Assembly: GCA_951406725.2 (NCBI GenBank)
Contig: OX597840.1
Coordinates: 22,816,001-22,880,000, forward strand
Origin: Octopus vulgaris
Taxonomy: Eukaryota
Length of the DNA: 64,000 nucleotides
Direction of reading: 5' to 3'
The first letter of the stretch is position 1. Each line of letters begins with the position of its first letter. The translations under genes and the position numbers were made by a program. This document shows positions 1 to 11,989 of this stretch, piece after piece. The notes below the pieces were generated by a model. It was not told the origin of the DNA. It ran no database searches and saw nothing but the letters and a program-made list of their open reading frames with translations.

Positions 1-939
1 TGTGATATAGTGTGGGTGGCGGCGGCGGTCCTGCACAGTGTGGAGCGGGAGGTTTCGATTCTGCAGATGAGAGGGAGGGAGGAGGTGCGCTGGAGGGGAC
101 GGACGCTGGAGCTCCTCGTTCGGGCGGGGAACAAGATGTTGGGGAGCCTGCCCGATGGGATGTTTGACGAGGATGGAACGTCCATGGGAGTGTCAGTGGA
201 GGGGCGCGGACCTGGATGTTTTAAATGTGGCGAGAGGGGTCACGTCCGCTCGAACTGCTTGCGGAAGGGGAAAACCAACGAGGCCCCTCCTCAAAGTGCT
301 TCAAGCACTGGAGGGGAGAGGGCGGGAAGGGATAGCGGGACGACGACGGGCAGGGGAGCAGAGGCGGAGGATTGTATCGAACGGGTGGATTGCGCACGGG
401 TGACACACAGGGGAAGGGAGGACAGCGCCCTGGACTCCCCTCCCCAAACAAGGAGGGGATCGGCGGGCACCGCAGACATACACGCAAAGCAGGTTCCCCA
501 GCCCTACCCCCATGGCACTGTGTTCATTGGGAAGCAGTTCGCCGGGCCCCTCCCCATAGAACAGGATGTGAGGGGGTCTTTGAAAGAGAATGATAAGATC
601 GTTGCTTTTGATGAGGGAAGCGAGAGGGTGTGTAAATACTATAAATTTTCAAAATTTAAACTATTTAGCAGGGCTACAGACGTAAAAGCGGCCACTCGCT
701 TCGCAGAGATAGGGGAGGACGAGTGGAGGGAGGAAATACTACAAGAACATCTAAAGAATAGACTGATTAGAGATGTAACAAAAGAAGTACTGGAGGGTAA
801 ACTTGTTATAACCCCGGCAACCACACCTACCCAGAGCCCGGTGGCAACGCCGGTTAAGAGCCCTGCAGCTACGACCACAAGGGAGGAAGAAGGGGAAGCG
901 GGCAGATTTAAACTGTCATGCTCCCTTTCTCAACCGTAA
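1..939 (+). CDS. LINE ORF1 (gag-like, CX2CX4HX4C knuckle), 5'-incomplete, A->G hypermutated
   Basis: CFKCGERGHVRSNC; open frame to TAA at 937-939; collinear with copy B ORF1. Confidence 0.85.
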   Translation, partial: CDIVWVAAAVLHSVEREVSILQMRGREEVRWRGRTLELLVRAGNKMLGSLPDGMFDEDGTSMGVSVEGRGPGCFKCGERGHVRSNCLRKGKTNEAPPQSASSTGGERAGRDSGTTTGRGAEAEDCIERVDCARVTHRGREDSALDSPPQTRRGSAGTADIHAKQVPQPYPHGTVFIGKQFAGPLPIEQDVRGSLKENDKIVAFDEGSERVCKYYKFSKFKLFSRATDVKAATRFAEIGEDEWREEILQEHLKNRLIRDVTKEVLEGKLVITPATTPTQSPVATPVKSPAATTTREEEGEAGRFKLSCSLSQP

Positions 940-966
940 GTTCATTTATTTTTTCTCTCACCGACA

Positions 967-3900
967 ATGGCTAAGCTGGGTTGTGTGAATGTACGTGGAA
1001 TGGGGACGAAATGGAAACAAATTTGTTTCCTGAACGACCTCACGACACATGGAGTAGACATAGCTATTGCAACCGAGTCCAAGATGAACGAGGCCCAAGC
1101 GTTCTCGCCTCTTCTAAATGGGTTCGATAAATTTATTTCTCCTAGCCGAGGAAGAGGCAGAGGCGTGGCAGTCCTTATCAGGAAGAGCTTGGACTTGCAG
1201 GTAAGTACTGTCTTTCTGGAACCAGAAGGCAGGCTGGTTGTTCTGGATGTGACCCACGTAAGTAAACAGTCCTTCAGGTTGGTAGCTGTCTACGCTCCGA
1301 ACGAGGGTAGACAGACGGGTTTTTTCGGAACCTGGAGCCCTTTTTAGCGACGTCGAAAACGGTAATCCTAGTAGGGGACTTTAACACTGTCCTTGAAGCG
1401 CGGGTCGACAGTGTTGGCTCAACCAATAGGAAGGGGAACCCTAGCCTCAAGAGTCTACTAGAGAGCTTTGATCTAGTGGACCGTTACCGACTGGATGAGC
1501 CGAGCGTTCCACAGTGGACGTGGAGTAACAACGACGGCTCACACAGATCGTATTTAGATAGGATATTTATTAAGAAAAGAGATAAGGATACGTTTAGTTG
1601 TCCACAGTTTCACATTGTGCCTTACACGGATCACAAATTTGTGACGTGTAGGATGCAATTAGACAAGTGTCATAGACAGGGACCCGGGTACTGGAAGCTG
1701 AACAAGGCTATTTTGAATTGTGAAGACTTCCGTACCCGGATTAAGGTGTTAGTACAGAGGGCATTGTGTGGCACCATCATTAACAATAGATGGTGGCACT
1801 CCCTCAAAAGAGCCATTCGTTCAGAGTCCATTAGATTTAGCAATCAGCTAAGGTTAGATAGGTCTAGGATAGAGGACGATTTAGTTAAGAATCTAAACGA
1901 GGCAATGGAAGCTGGCTCTGCATCCGGAGTGATGGCGGCAAGGACGGTATTGTACCGTCACCTTAACTCCAAACACGAAGGTTGCAGAGTCAGAGCTAAG
2001 CTACGCGCTGGGAAACGAGAAGGTATTAACGTTGCCGGATGGGCCCGTCGAGTGGAGAGTCAGAGAGGTAACAAAGCCTCAATCAAGTCTTTAACTGACG
2101 AACAGGGACAAAAGATCTATGGACAGGAGGAGATGCAAAAGTTTCTTCACCAGCATTTCGCCCGCGTGTTCGGGGGTGGTGTGGCGCCGGAGCGGGGAGG
2201 ACCTTAAAGGACTTCCTGGCCGGCGGACCGCGGCTCTCGGGGCGTGAGGTGGAGTGCTGTGAAGAAGCGATCACTCCCGCGGAGATAGAGGGGATACTGG
2301 CCGGATGCGCCGGGGTTGGATGGGCTGCCCTACGAGTTTTACCAAAGTATGCCGGACTTGTTCGGGGGAATATTGGCAGGCGTCTACACGAACTGGCAGC
2401 AGAATGGGAGAATTCCCAGTTCTGTAAGCCGGGGAGTGGTGACGCTAATCCAGAAAGACCCGAGCAAGGGGGATAACATTAGTAACTACAGGCCCATAAC
2501 TCTACTTAATGTAGAGTTAAAGATTTTGGCCAAGGTGTTGGCAAAAAGGTTGACGGTTGTCGTGGAGAAACTTGTAGGGAGAGCACAGACATGTGCAATT
2601 CCAGGCAGGTCGATCCAGGACAATTTTCACCTTATACGCTACACCTTAGATAGGGTGGGTAAATTAACCGGCAAGGGCGGGGTAATGGTCCATTTAGACC
2701 AAAGTAAAGCGTTCGATAGGGTAGACCATGAGTACCTGGCGACGGTCCTCGAAGCGGCTGGACTGGGCCCTGAATTTCGCGGGTGGATCTCCGCTATGTA
2801 TAGCGGCATCAAGTCCACCGTCCAGATAAACGGTTACCTAACGGAACCGTTTTCGATCGAATGTTCAGTTCGTCAAGGGTGCCCCTTGTCACCACTTTTG
2901 TACGTGTTGGCTCTTGAGCCATTGCTGCGAAAGTTGGAGAGGCTGGGAAGTAACTCGGATGAGATCGGAGGTGGGAGGACGGTTACTGCTTATGCGGATG
3001 ACGTCACCCTCATCGTGTCCAATGAGGCCCAGCTACCTTGTGTGGAAGAGGCTATCAGAGGATACGAGGCGGTGGCAGGAGCAAAGGTTAACAAGGACAA
3101 GTCGGTTGGCTTGCGCCTCGGCACCTGGAGGAGCAAGTCGATATCGTCCAGTGTCGTGGGACACTGGACGGATGGCCCTGTTAAGTTGCTAGGAGTTTGG
3201 TTTGGGCCAGACTCCCAAACGGAGAGGAACTGGAGTGAGGTGACGAGCAAGGTGGAGGCCAAAGTACGGACCTGGTCCGGAAGGTTTCTGTCCTTGAAAG
3301 GAAGGGTGGAGGTGGTACAGATGTTCATTGCATCTGTAATCACTTACCGCCTGACCGTTGTCCCTTGCCCCGATTCATGGCTTAGCAAGTTGGAGCGAAT
3401 CCTTTTCCGCTTTTTGTGGAAGGGAGGAAAGCCACTTGTGAGGCGCTCCGTTTGCTGCCAGGAACCGTTAAAGGGTGGGTTAGGAATGCCTTGGTTGATG
3501 ATGCGCAGACATGCGTTGAGGCTGAAGCATCTCTGGCACCACCTGGAGGGTGATAAGGTGTGGAGTCCGCTGGCAGGGGAATTTTTCCCGAGACCGGCCT
3601 CCTTAGTGAATTTTAAACCCGGTCGCATCAAAAGATGGAAACTGACTTTATGGCAAAAGGAGTGCCGACAGGCACTCACGCTGATCCACAAGGCGGGCAA
3701 GGCCGGCTGCGGAAATACCACCTCGGTATTTTATAGAAGGCTGGTAGAGGCAAAGAACGACGACGTCCTAGGAGGGGCTCTGGGGTTTGACGAAGACCAG
3801 CTTACCAACCTGTTTAAAAAGACTTTCAGGACGGGGTATTTGGATAATTTCCAAAGATCCCTGACCTGGCAGTGCTATAGGAATGCTTTACCTGTTCGCG

Positions 3901-4339
3901 AGAAGTTATCGCGGCACGGAATCTCAGTGCCACCGACGTGTCCAAGGTGCGAGTTGGACGATGAAACCGTCCAGCACGCTTTTGTACACTGTCGGAAGTT
4001 GTCCGACTTGATAAGTTACGCAGAACACGTGTTATCGCATCTGGGACGAGTACAGCTGTCGGCTGAGTCTATGATTAAGATGATACCGCCAACTGGACTC
4101 TCGAAGGAAGGTGAGGCATGTTTTCACTGCACGGTTGCAGTAGTAAAAGAATGCATGTGGCGTACAAGAATGGAAGGAGTCGCGATAGGATCCTTTGTCT
4201 CGGGCCCCGGCTTGCTCACTTACTTCAGATATCATCTGAAGAGCAAAATGGGGCTGGAAAAGAGGATCTTACCACGGGGTGGTATGAGAAAAGATGGAAG
4301 GAAGTGGAAAAAAAGGTGGGTGTCAGAAACCCAGCTTAA
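967..4339 (+). pseudogene. LINE ORF2 (APE endonuclease-RT-zinc domain), frameshifted
   Basis: NVRG, ATESK, VYAPN, GDFN, YLDRIF and TDH (APE); YRPITLLN, DQSKAFD, VRQGCPLSP and YADD (RT). Frame breaks near 1325, 2200, 2311 and 4281. Confidence 0.92.
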
Positions 4340-4596
4340 CTATGGAGGGAGGAGAGGAAACAAAAGCTGCGGGGCCTTATAAATTGCCGGGGTTTAAAAC
4401 TTCGGTAAGATCGAAAGTTTATGAAATGTTATAATATTCTATTGGTCATGTAAAGGACAATTTACAGACGAATTTTTATAATGAATAATCCAAATGTTAT
4501 GGAAAATTTTTAATCGAACCTCTTAACTGTTTTTTGCATGTATGTCCTGTATTTGTCCTTCTATGTAACGATTGTATAATCATAATAAAGAAATAT

Positions 4597-4908
4597 AGAG
4601 TTAGTTCCCCTTGTCAACTCTTCCTAATTTTCTTTATTTCTTGTTCTTGTTTCTCACGCACCTTCATTGTTTGATCAGTTCCACTTGACAACTGATATTT
4701 AAGAGAAAATCCAATCAAATATACACAAATGATTGGTAATTAACTGTCTAAAGAAGCAGATACAGCATTTTCGATTATGTGGACCTGAAAAATATTAATT
4801 AACGTTTGTTGTAGAAACCTAGAAATTCTCTTGAAGCTGTCGTTGTCCACTCTGACTCCAGTTCTCACATCTTCCTCCTTCACTCTTTCTCTCCATATCT
4901 ATTACTAT
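4597..4908 (+). promoter_or_regulatory. Putative promoter and non-coding exon 1 of ZF gene 1
   Basis: GAGTTAGTTCCCCTTG motif, CCAAT (4711) and ATTGG (4732), a pyrimidine-rich exon-like tract, and donor GTAAGT at 4909. The block recurs upstream of ZF genes 2, 3 and 4. Matching acceptor TTCTTTCAG ends at 8394. Confidence 0.6.
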
Positions 4909-5574
4909 GTAAGTATTTATTTAAACATTTCTATTATATATGTGTCGTATTATGTACATTTATTTGTTTCGATGTGTTGAGAAAGTTGAAAGAAAAAAAT
5001 CTCACTAAGACGAAATTATACGAAAGGCTGTAATTTTGATACTTTCATTGTGTTGTCGTTTTCTTTTAGACATTTCATTGCACTTTTGGTTATTTTCTAA
5101 ATTATTTGTAAAAACGTCGGATCAATCCCTTGTTTAGATAACATTTATCTTTCTTTCTAACGTGTAAATTTGACAATTTCGTTAAATGCGGGAAAATTAC
5201 GATGTAAATAGTAAGAAATGGGGAATGTATAAAAATGCGAGTGTGCACTTGAAATACTGAAACGAAAAGCAAATATCGTATCGAGAGGAAATGGATCGGC
5301 TTTTATTTGAGAGATAGGAAGTCTTTATTTCTGGTGGTTCTTCTGCATCATTAAAAGTTAGAATTAATATGGTTTTCTAATTCATTTAATTTTTGTGTGT
5401 GTGGAGTGCTGCTTTAAGCACCTAATATAATCCCTCGTCACATATTTTTATTTGGGGGAATTTTCAGAAATTTTTGCCTTCGAGAATTCGTTCGGTCATG
5501 CAACCAAAAAAAAGAAAAAAATCAACTGTGATTTATGAGCTATTTAGCTGTTATTTTTCGCACATCTCACGACT

Positions 5575-5760
5575 AGTATGGTAATAATTCTCTGCTTAAG
5601 TTCCTCTGGGCTTGCAGGAAGAGGGGAGACATAGACTAGGCCCTCCCTAAGAAAGAAATGGCAAGGTGTCAGCTCAGGTGAACGTAGCGGCCATTTCAAC
5701 AGCACATTGCCTTCTTCAGGACGCACCAAACTCTTTGGAGGAATCTGGCTTTCATTCTCC
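5575..5760 (-). mobile_element. Tc1-like transposase C-terminal remnant in intron 1 (paralogous copies ~44030-44190 and ~52170-52320)
   Basis: WPLRSPELTPCHFFL...LVYVSPLPASPEELKQRI resembles the WPxxSPDL motif region. Confidence 0.6.
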
Positions 5761-5935
5761 ACATCAACCAATAATTTTTCCTACGTTAAAATTTCCCCAC
5801 TAAGGATTTTGATGCTGTTAGTGAGACATCAATATTATTTACTGACATTTATTCATCTTTTATGCTCAACAAAATAATACCATTCAGCTAACCGTATATA
5901 TATACTTTCATATATATATATATATATATATATAT

Positions 5936-6258
5936 CATCATCATCATCGTTTAACGTCCGCTTTCCATGCTAGCATGGGTTGGACGGTTCAACTGGGGTC
6001 TGGCAAGTGCGAAGGCTGCACCAGGCCAGTCAGATCTGGCAGTGTTTCTACAGCTGGATGCCCTTCCTAACGCCAACCACTCCGAGAGTGTAGTAGGTGA
6101 TTTTATGTGCCACCGACACAGGTGCCAGATGAGGCTGTCAGACGGCCACGCTCGGATGGTGTTTTTTATGTGCCACCGACACAGGTGCCAGACGAGGCTG
6201 GCAGACGGCCACGCTCGGATGGTGTTTTCTTATGTGTCACCGACACAGGTGCCAGACG
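5936..6258 (-). repeat. RTE-related SINE-like repeat with (GAT)n tail, inserted in (TA)n
   Basis: CATCATCATCGTTTAACGTCCG...CAGCTGGATGCCCTTCCTAACGCCAACC. The same family occurs at ~23205-23625, ~24650-25070, ~7770-8067, ~43560-43860 and ~51700-51995. Confidence 0.65.
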
Positions 6259-6274
6259 ATATATATATATATAT

Positions 6275-6579
6275 ACAAAATAAGAAAATGGAGAAATACA
6301 TCTAAATCAATTATCAACTACCAGATAATACCCAATGACATACTACATAAGAACATTAAGGTCAAACATAATAATATAGAACAAAACAGTGTACATGAAG
6401 GAGTAATATGATAAAATAAGTACAATATGTATAAGAGGATATGAACAAATATAAATAAGCCAATACATAGAAATGAAATTAATTAAAAAAATATATAAAT
6501 AATATAAAATATAAAATTCCAAATTAAAATATTTAAATTATAGTTAAAATTTTTTTAAATTATTTAAACTTATAAATTT

Positions 6580-6618
<39 letters not shown>

Positions 6619-7730
6619 ATTATTTTATTTTTTATTTATTTATTATTATTTTTTATTATATGACTATCAAAAAGTATTAAAAGTTTAATATAAGATAAAA
6701 ACACTACGATCGTTTCATGACTGTAGCCAATTCGAATAACAATAATTTAAATTCAATTAATAATTCGAATTAGGGTTACAGTCAATCTTCAGGTTAATTG
6801 TAATATTTTAATAAATATTCAAAAATATTTAAACAATATTTTTAAGAAATAAATAATATAATGATTTTACTCATAAAAACTCTGTTATCAAACTAGAAAC
6901 TTAACGATTATGATTATATCAAAACATCGATTATAATGTTAAGTATTAATTTTAATTTTTAAGATAAGAACCCACCAATAATATCAGTAATAGTCAATAT
7001 CTAATTACATAAAAATTTTACAAAAAAATCACTATTATATTATTAAAAATATAAAATTTAAATAGTATATAAATTATCAATGAAAATATATAAATGTATA
7101 TAAATATTATAATTAAGATCTAAAATAATCTCTATAAATAAATATATATGCTCATATAATAAAGACCTAATAAATTAATTTTTCATATTTAAAGATGAAA
7201 TAGCTAATTTCAAAATACAAACAAACAATCTTAAACGATCGCTATAGCAAATTAACTATCTTTATATGTCGTTGGCTAAATAATAACTATCAGAAATCAT
7301 ATATTTAAAATACTTAAAGAAATAATCAATTTGTAGTTATATAGTATCAAATAAATACTATAAATATATTTATCAATGGGAATAAAAAAACTAGCTAATA
7401 TCAATTTTAAAAGACAATATATAAGTTAAGATAATAATTATAAGAAATTTAAAACTACAATTAATGCTATTAATACATGTATATACATAAACCTATCTTT
7501 AAACAACTCGTATACTTGCTATCAAACAACATATCCCTCGCTAAGTAAATTCTTACGAATAAATTTAAAGTTAATATCTAATATTTATATAGAAAATTAC
7601 GATAATTAGATCATTACATAAACAACGATATTTACATAAAAAACAATATTATTACACCATAAGTCTTATAAAGTATTAAAATTTAAAGATCTTAAATATA
7701 AATATATACTTAGCGATGTTTTGTGATGAA
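6275..7730 (-). mobile_element. Highly decayed, very AT-rich Penelope-like element remnant
   Basis: Insertion in a (TA)n tract, absent from the paralogous introns (~43860-43900, ~52010-52030). Carries a PLE-type hammerhead motif. No intact ORF. Confidence 0.45.
6703..6794 (-). ncRNA. Minimal (Penelope-type) hammerhead ribozyme motif
   Basis: Minus strand reads CUGAAGA (6792-6786), a long stem II (UGACUGUA..AAUUCGAAU / AUUCGAAUU..UACAGUCA), GAAA (6716-6713), then C-GAUC-G-UA. Stem I is eroded. Confidence 0.6.
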
Positions 7731-8825
7731 CTCATATATATATATATATGTATGTATTTGTATATATGGCTCCCATGCAGGTGGCATGTAAAAAGTACCA
7801 TTCGAGCATGATTGATGCTAGTGCTGCCTGACTTGCACCCATGCCGGTGGCACATACATAGCACCATTCAAGCATGGTCGATGCCAATGCTACCTGACTG
7901 GCTCCGTGGCACATAAAAGGCAACCGCTACACGCTCAAACAGCATCCAGCTGTAGAAATCTTGCCTGATAAGATTGAAACCTTGTTCAGCCTCATGGCTT
8001 GCCAATCCTCAGTCAAACCTCACAAACCATGCCAGCGTGGAAGGCAGATGTTAAACGATGATGATGAAGGTAGAGAAAGAGCGATGTCTGTTTTAGCAAA
8101 CAAAGATACACGACTGCAATGAAAACGTCAGAAATCTAGTGTCATTTATATGTATATTGGTGTGTGTGGAAGTGTGTCTATGACAGACTTTATATTCCAG
8201 GAGTTGGTATTATAATAGATGTGTCTACTCTATGATATAAACATTTTGGTAATGCAGAAATTGGATAAATTCAATGGTTCAGATAAAGAATTACTTCTAC
8301 AATTTATGAAAACAGAAATGTCTTAAATTTGCACTTTAGAATATCTGCCTTTTAAACATACTTGATGTCTTATATTATTTTCGTATTCTTTCAGAAAATC
8401 ATATGAATTTGGCTAAAAAGTATTTTTTACTTTTAAAGAATCATCAATATGTATCATGTTTGAAAGACTCTGCAAAGATATTCTACAAACGTATACTCCT
8501 GCTTCTATAAAACATTGCTGAGTTACAGTAAAATATTTCCTCTGAGAGAGAGAAAGCATTTCTTTACTTCTGTGTCTGAAATGTGCAAGAGATAATTTCC
8601 TCTTTTAAATATACTTTGATAGATTTCCAAAGGGTATTTGCAACATTTTTAAATATTGGCATTGATCACGTTTAGAAGAAATATAAGAGAAGTGATATTT
8701 GTTTGGAATAAACTATAAAAGCAAAAAGAAGCAAAATATCCATAAATTTTGGTGAGAGGAGAAATATTTATGAAAAGTTGTTAATCTGTACAACTTGAAT
8801 GTTCAGTTTTATTTTTCTTGAAGAG

Positions 8826-9860
8826 ATGTCGGAAGAATTAAGAAAATCATCATATGACTGTGACATCTGCAAAGAGTCATTCTTAGAAGAAAGTAAATTC
8901 AATCAACACAAACAGATTCATACAGGAGAGAAACCATATCACTGTGATATCTGTGGTAAATCATTCTCTCAAAGCGATAGCTTAACTAAGCACAAACGTA
9001 TTCATACAGGGGAGAAACCATATCACTGTGATATCTGTGGTAAATCATTCTCTCATGGCAGTAGCTTATCGAAACACAAACGTATTCATACAGGAGAGAA
9101 ACCATATCACTGTGATATCTGTGGTAAATCATTCTCTGTTGGCAGTAACTTAACTCAACACACACGTACCCATACAGGGGAGAAACCGTATCACTGTGAT
9201 ATCTGTGGTATAACATTCTCTCAAAGCAGCCGCTTAACTCAGCACAAACGTATTCATACAGGGGAGAAACCATATCACTGTAATATCTGTGGTAAATCAT
9301 TCTCTGAAAGCAGCAGCTTAACTCAACACACACGTACCCATACAGGAGAGAAACCATATTCCTGTGATATCTGTGGTAAATCATTCTCTGATGGCAGTAA
9401 CTTAACTGAACACACACGTACCCATACAGGGGAGAAACCATATCACTGTGATATCTGTGGTAAATCATTCTCTGAAAGCAGCAGCTTAACTCAACACACA
9501 CGTACCCATACAGGAGAGAAACCATATTCCTGTGATATCTGTGGTAAATCATTCTCTCATAGTGGTAGCATAACTACTCACAAATGGGTTCATACAGGGG
9601 AGAAACCATATCACTGTAATATCTGTGGTAAATCATTCTCTGTTGGCAGTAACTTAACTAAACACAAGCGTATTCATACAGGGGAGAAACCATATCACTG
9701 TGATATCTGTGGAAGATCATTCTCTGAAAGCAGCAGCTTAGCTAAACACAAGCGTATTCATACAGGGGAGAAACCATATACCTGTGATATCTGTGGTAAA
9801 TCATTCTCTCATAGCAGTAGCTTATCTAACCACAAGCGTATTCATACAGGGGCGGAATGA
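8826..9860 (+). CDS. C2H2 zinc-finger protein (ZF gene 1), 12 fingers, no recognisable effector domain
   Basis: Start [15 protein letters not shown] is shared with paralogs; repeated CDICGKSF...H...HTGEKPY; ORF track 8799-9860. Confidence 0.9.
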   Translation: MSEELRKSSYDCDICKESFLEESKFNQHKQIHTGEKPYHCDICGKSFSQSDSLTKHKRIHTGEKPYHCDICGKSFSHGSSLSKHKRIHTGEKPYHCDICGKSFSVGSNLTQHTRTHTGEKPYHCDICGITFSQSSRLTQHKRIHTGEKPYHCNICGKSFSESSSLTQHTRTHTGEKPYSCDICGKSFSDGSNLTEHTRTHTGEKPYHCDICGKSFSESSSLTQHTRTHTGEKPYSCDICGKSFSHSGSITTHKWVHTGEKPYHCNICGKSFSVGSNLTKHKRIHTGEKPYHCDICGRSFSESSSLAKHKRIHTGEKPYTCDICGKSFSHSSSLSNHKRIHTGAE

Positions 9861-9938
9861 TAACCTTGTAATATCTGTGGTAAATCATTCTCTCAGGATA
9901 GTGGCTTAACTCAACACAAATGTATTCATACAGGGTAA

Positions 9939-10073
<135 letters not shown>

Positions 10074-11989
10074 TGATTTAAACAGAAGTCTTTCCTTATG
10101 AAATGGGTCCATAACACAGTGATATTTGTTGTATAACATTTCCTCAGAAGGACAAAGGACGTATCTCATAAAGACAGCCACAGAATATAGAAACTATATG
10201 AATGTGACATCTATAGTAAATCTTTGACATGAAATCATCCATTATTGAATCAAAACCGAGCATTGACCGAGGAAGGAAAACATATCACTGTGATGTTAAA
10301 CCTGAATCATTCTTTCAAAATGGTGAATTGTTTGTACACAGTCCTATTAATATGAAAGATATAACTGTAACTTAAGCTATTTGTGCTAAATCAATCTATG
10401 AAAATGGATCAATTATTGAAATGTAAATACATTGATACAGAAGAGGAACCATGATGATGATGATCCTCATCATTGAACATTCTCCTATTCATGCTTCTGT
10501 GGATCAGATGGAATTCATTGATGCAGATTTTCTACATCTGGGTACCTTTCTTATGACTAATCCTCACCTGTTTCCTAGCAAGGAAATACTTTCCATGGTG
10601 AGACATATTTTACGCAGAGGACTGGAAGTGAACAACTGCACAAGTATGACGGTCATGATGGCCCGTTACAGACATCACATAATATCTGGACAAGGGCAAA
10701 TACACACACACTCACATAAACTGTTGTGTGTCTCAAGAATTTCTCATGGGAAATATATGTTACATGTTTTCTACACATCTAAAAGCTTGTGATTCCTATT
10801 AGGAAATGAAACACATGTAATGCTGAATAAATAATACCAAACTTTTCTCCGGTCTCCTTATGTGATTTGTAATTACCTTGCAAAAAATATTATCCAAACC
10901 TCCCACAAAAATAATGTACGTGTATATATGTAATCACAAGCTTGTTTGTTCAACTGGTGTATTTATGTTAGTTAGAGTAGTGGGGTGAGTGGGAGGGAAA
11001 AGTAAAGGAAGGTGGTCTTATAATAATTCTGCTTGTCATTACGTTACTTAGGTCATCAGTAACACTTTCATGTGATTGGAGAGAAAGGATAAGGCCATGA
11101 GTGGGACGGGAAGAGAGAGAAGCGTGCATGACGTGATGGGGGGACATATTTAGTTGAAGGTTGAGATATAGAGGAGAGTTAGGAATATAATTTTAGAAGG
11201 TGGGTGATGTTCTGATGGAGAGATTAAAGAAAGGTAGAGAGAGAAAGATGATGGTGGTGGTTGTGGTGGTGAATACAGAGTGTAAATAATTTTTTTTTTT
11301 TTTTTACTTGAACTAAGTTTTTTTACAACACCTACAAATTGAAATGTGTATTGGCTCTCTGACCCATCACCTTGGCTTACAAGTTACCACTGATGTGGAT
11401 TTCAGAGTAAGCCATGTTACATTAAATTGTGACCCCTATATTTTACATATAAGGTAATTTTTTTAGTATACACTTCTCATGTTTTAGATAAGAAATTGTG
11501 CCCATGTAAATTTTAAAATGTAATTTTTTTCTGTTCATGAGAAAACTGGAAAAATATGAGCGAATATTTATTTTATGAGTGCTGTGTCTATAAAATTGTG
11601 CATAAAGTGTATTAAGTAATTACCGTATTCCAATTTCCTTCAGTTTTCAGTGAATAACAGATGAGTGACTATCTTTTGATGCAGACACAATACAGGCTCC
11701 ATTTTAGAGTGTTTTGGTTTCAGGAATAACCCAATCCATTGCCTCACTAGACACCGAGGCCATGACTAGTGACCGGGACCTTTTGTTTTTGGATAATGGA
11801 TAAACAGCTAAAAGATTATATAAATATATATTTATAAAATTAAAGACTTAAATCTGAACAAGATGCAAAGCAAAAAGAGAAGAATTCAATTAAGAATGCA
11901 TCGGGTGAAAGAATATTGGTTTAAAAAACATACGACATAAAAATGATAACAATGAAGACTATAAGGAATATGAGGGAGATAGGGTGAAT

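Larger units (their letters stand above)
1..4596 (+). mobile_element. Tx1/L1-clade non-LTR retrotransposon, copy A (5' end outside window)
   Basis: ORF1 with a CCHC knuckle, then APE endonuclease, RT and a C-terminal CPRC...H...C zinc domain. Near-identical to the reverse complement of 53300-57901. The 3' end has AATAAA (4584-4589), no poly(A), and abuts GAGTTAGTTCCCCTTG. Confidence 0.95.

Noticed and set aside
1318-2205. Programmed frameshift sites in Tx1 copy A
   Set aside because: These are single-base losses in T and G runs, absent from copy B; mutation or sequencing error is more likely.
1-4339. Diversity-generating retroelement (RT plus an adenine-mutated repeat pair)
   Set aside because: The RT is a eukaryotic APE-LINE enzyme, changes are almost only A->G rather than A->N, and there is no TR/VR or accessory-gene layout.
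8986-9552. Repetitive antisense and alternative-frame ORFs ([10 protein letters not shown]..., MISVVNHSL...)
   Set aside because: These are shadow frames of the finger repeats, here and at genes 2-5.
8930-9850. CRISPR-like array of conserved repeats with variable spacers
   Set aside because: The 84-bp period is the C2H2 finger unit within an open reading frame; no cas genes are present.
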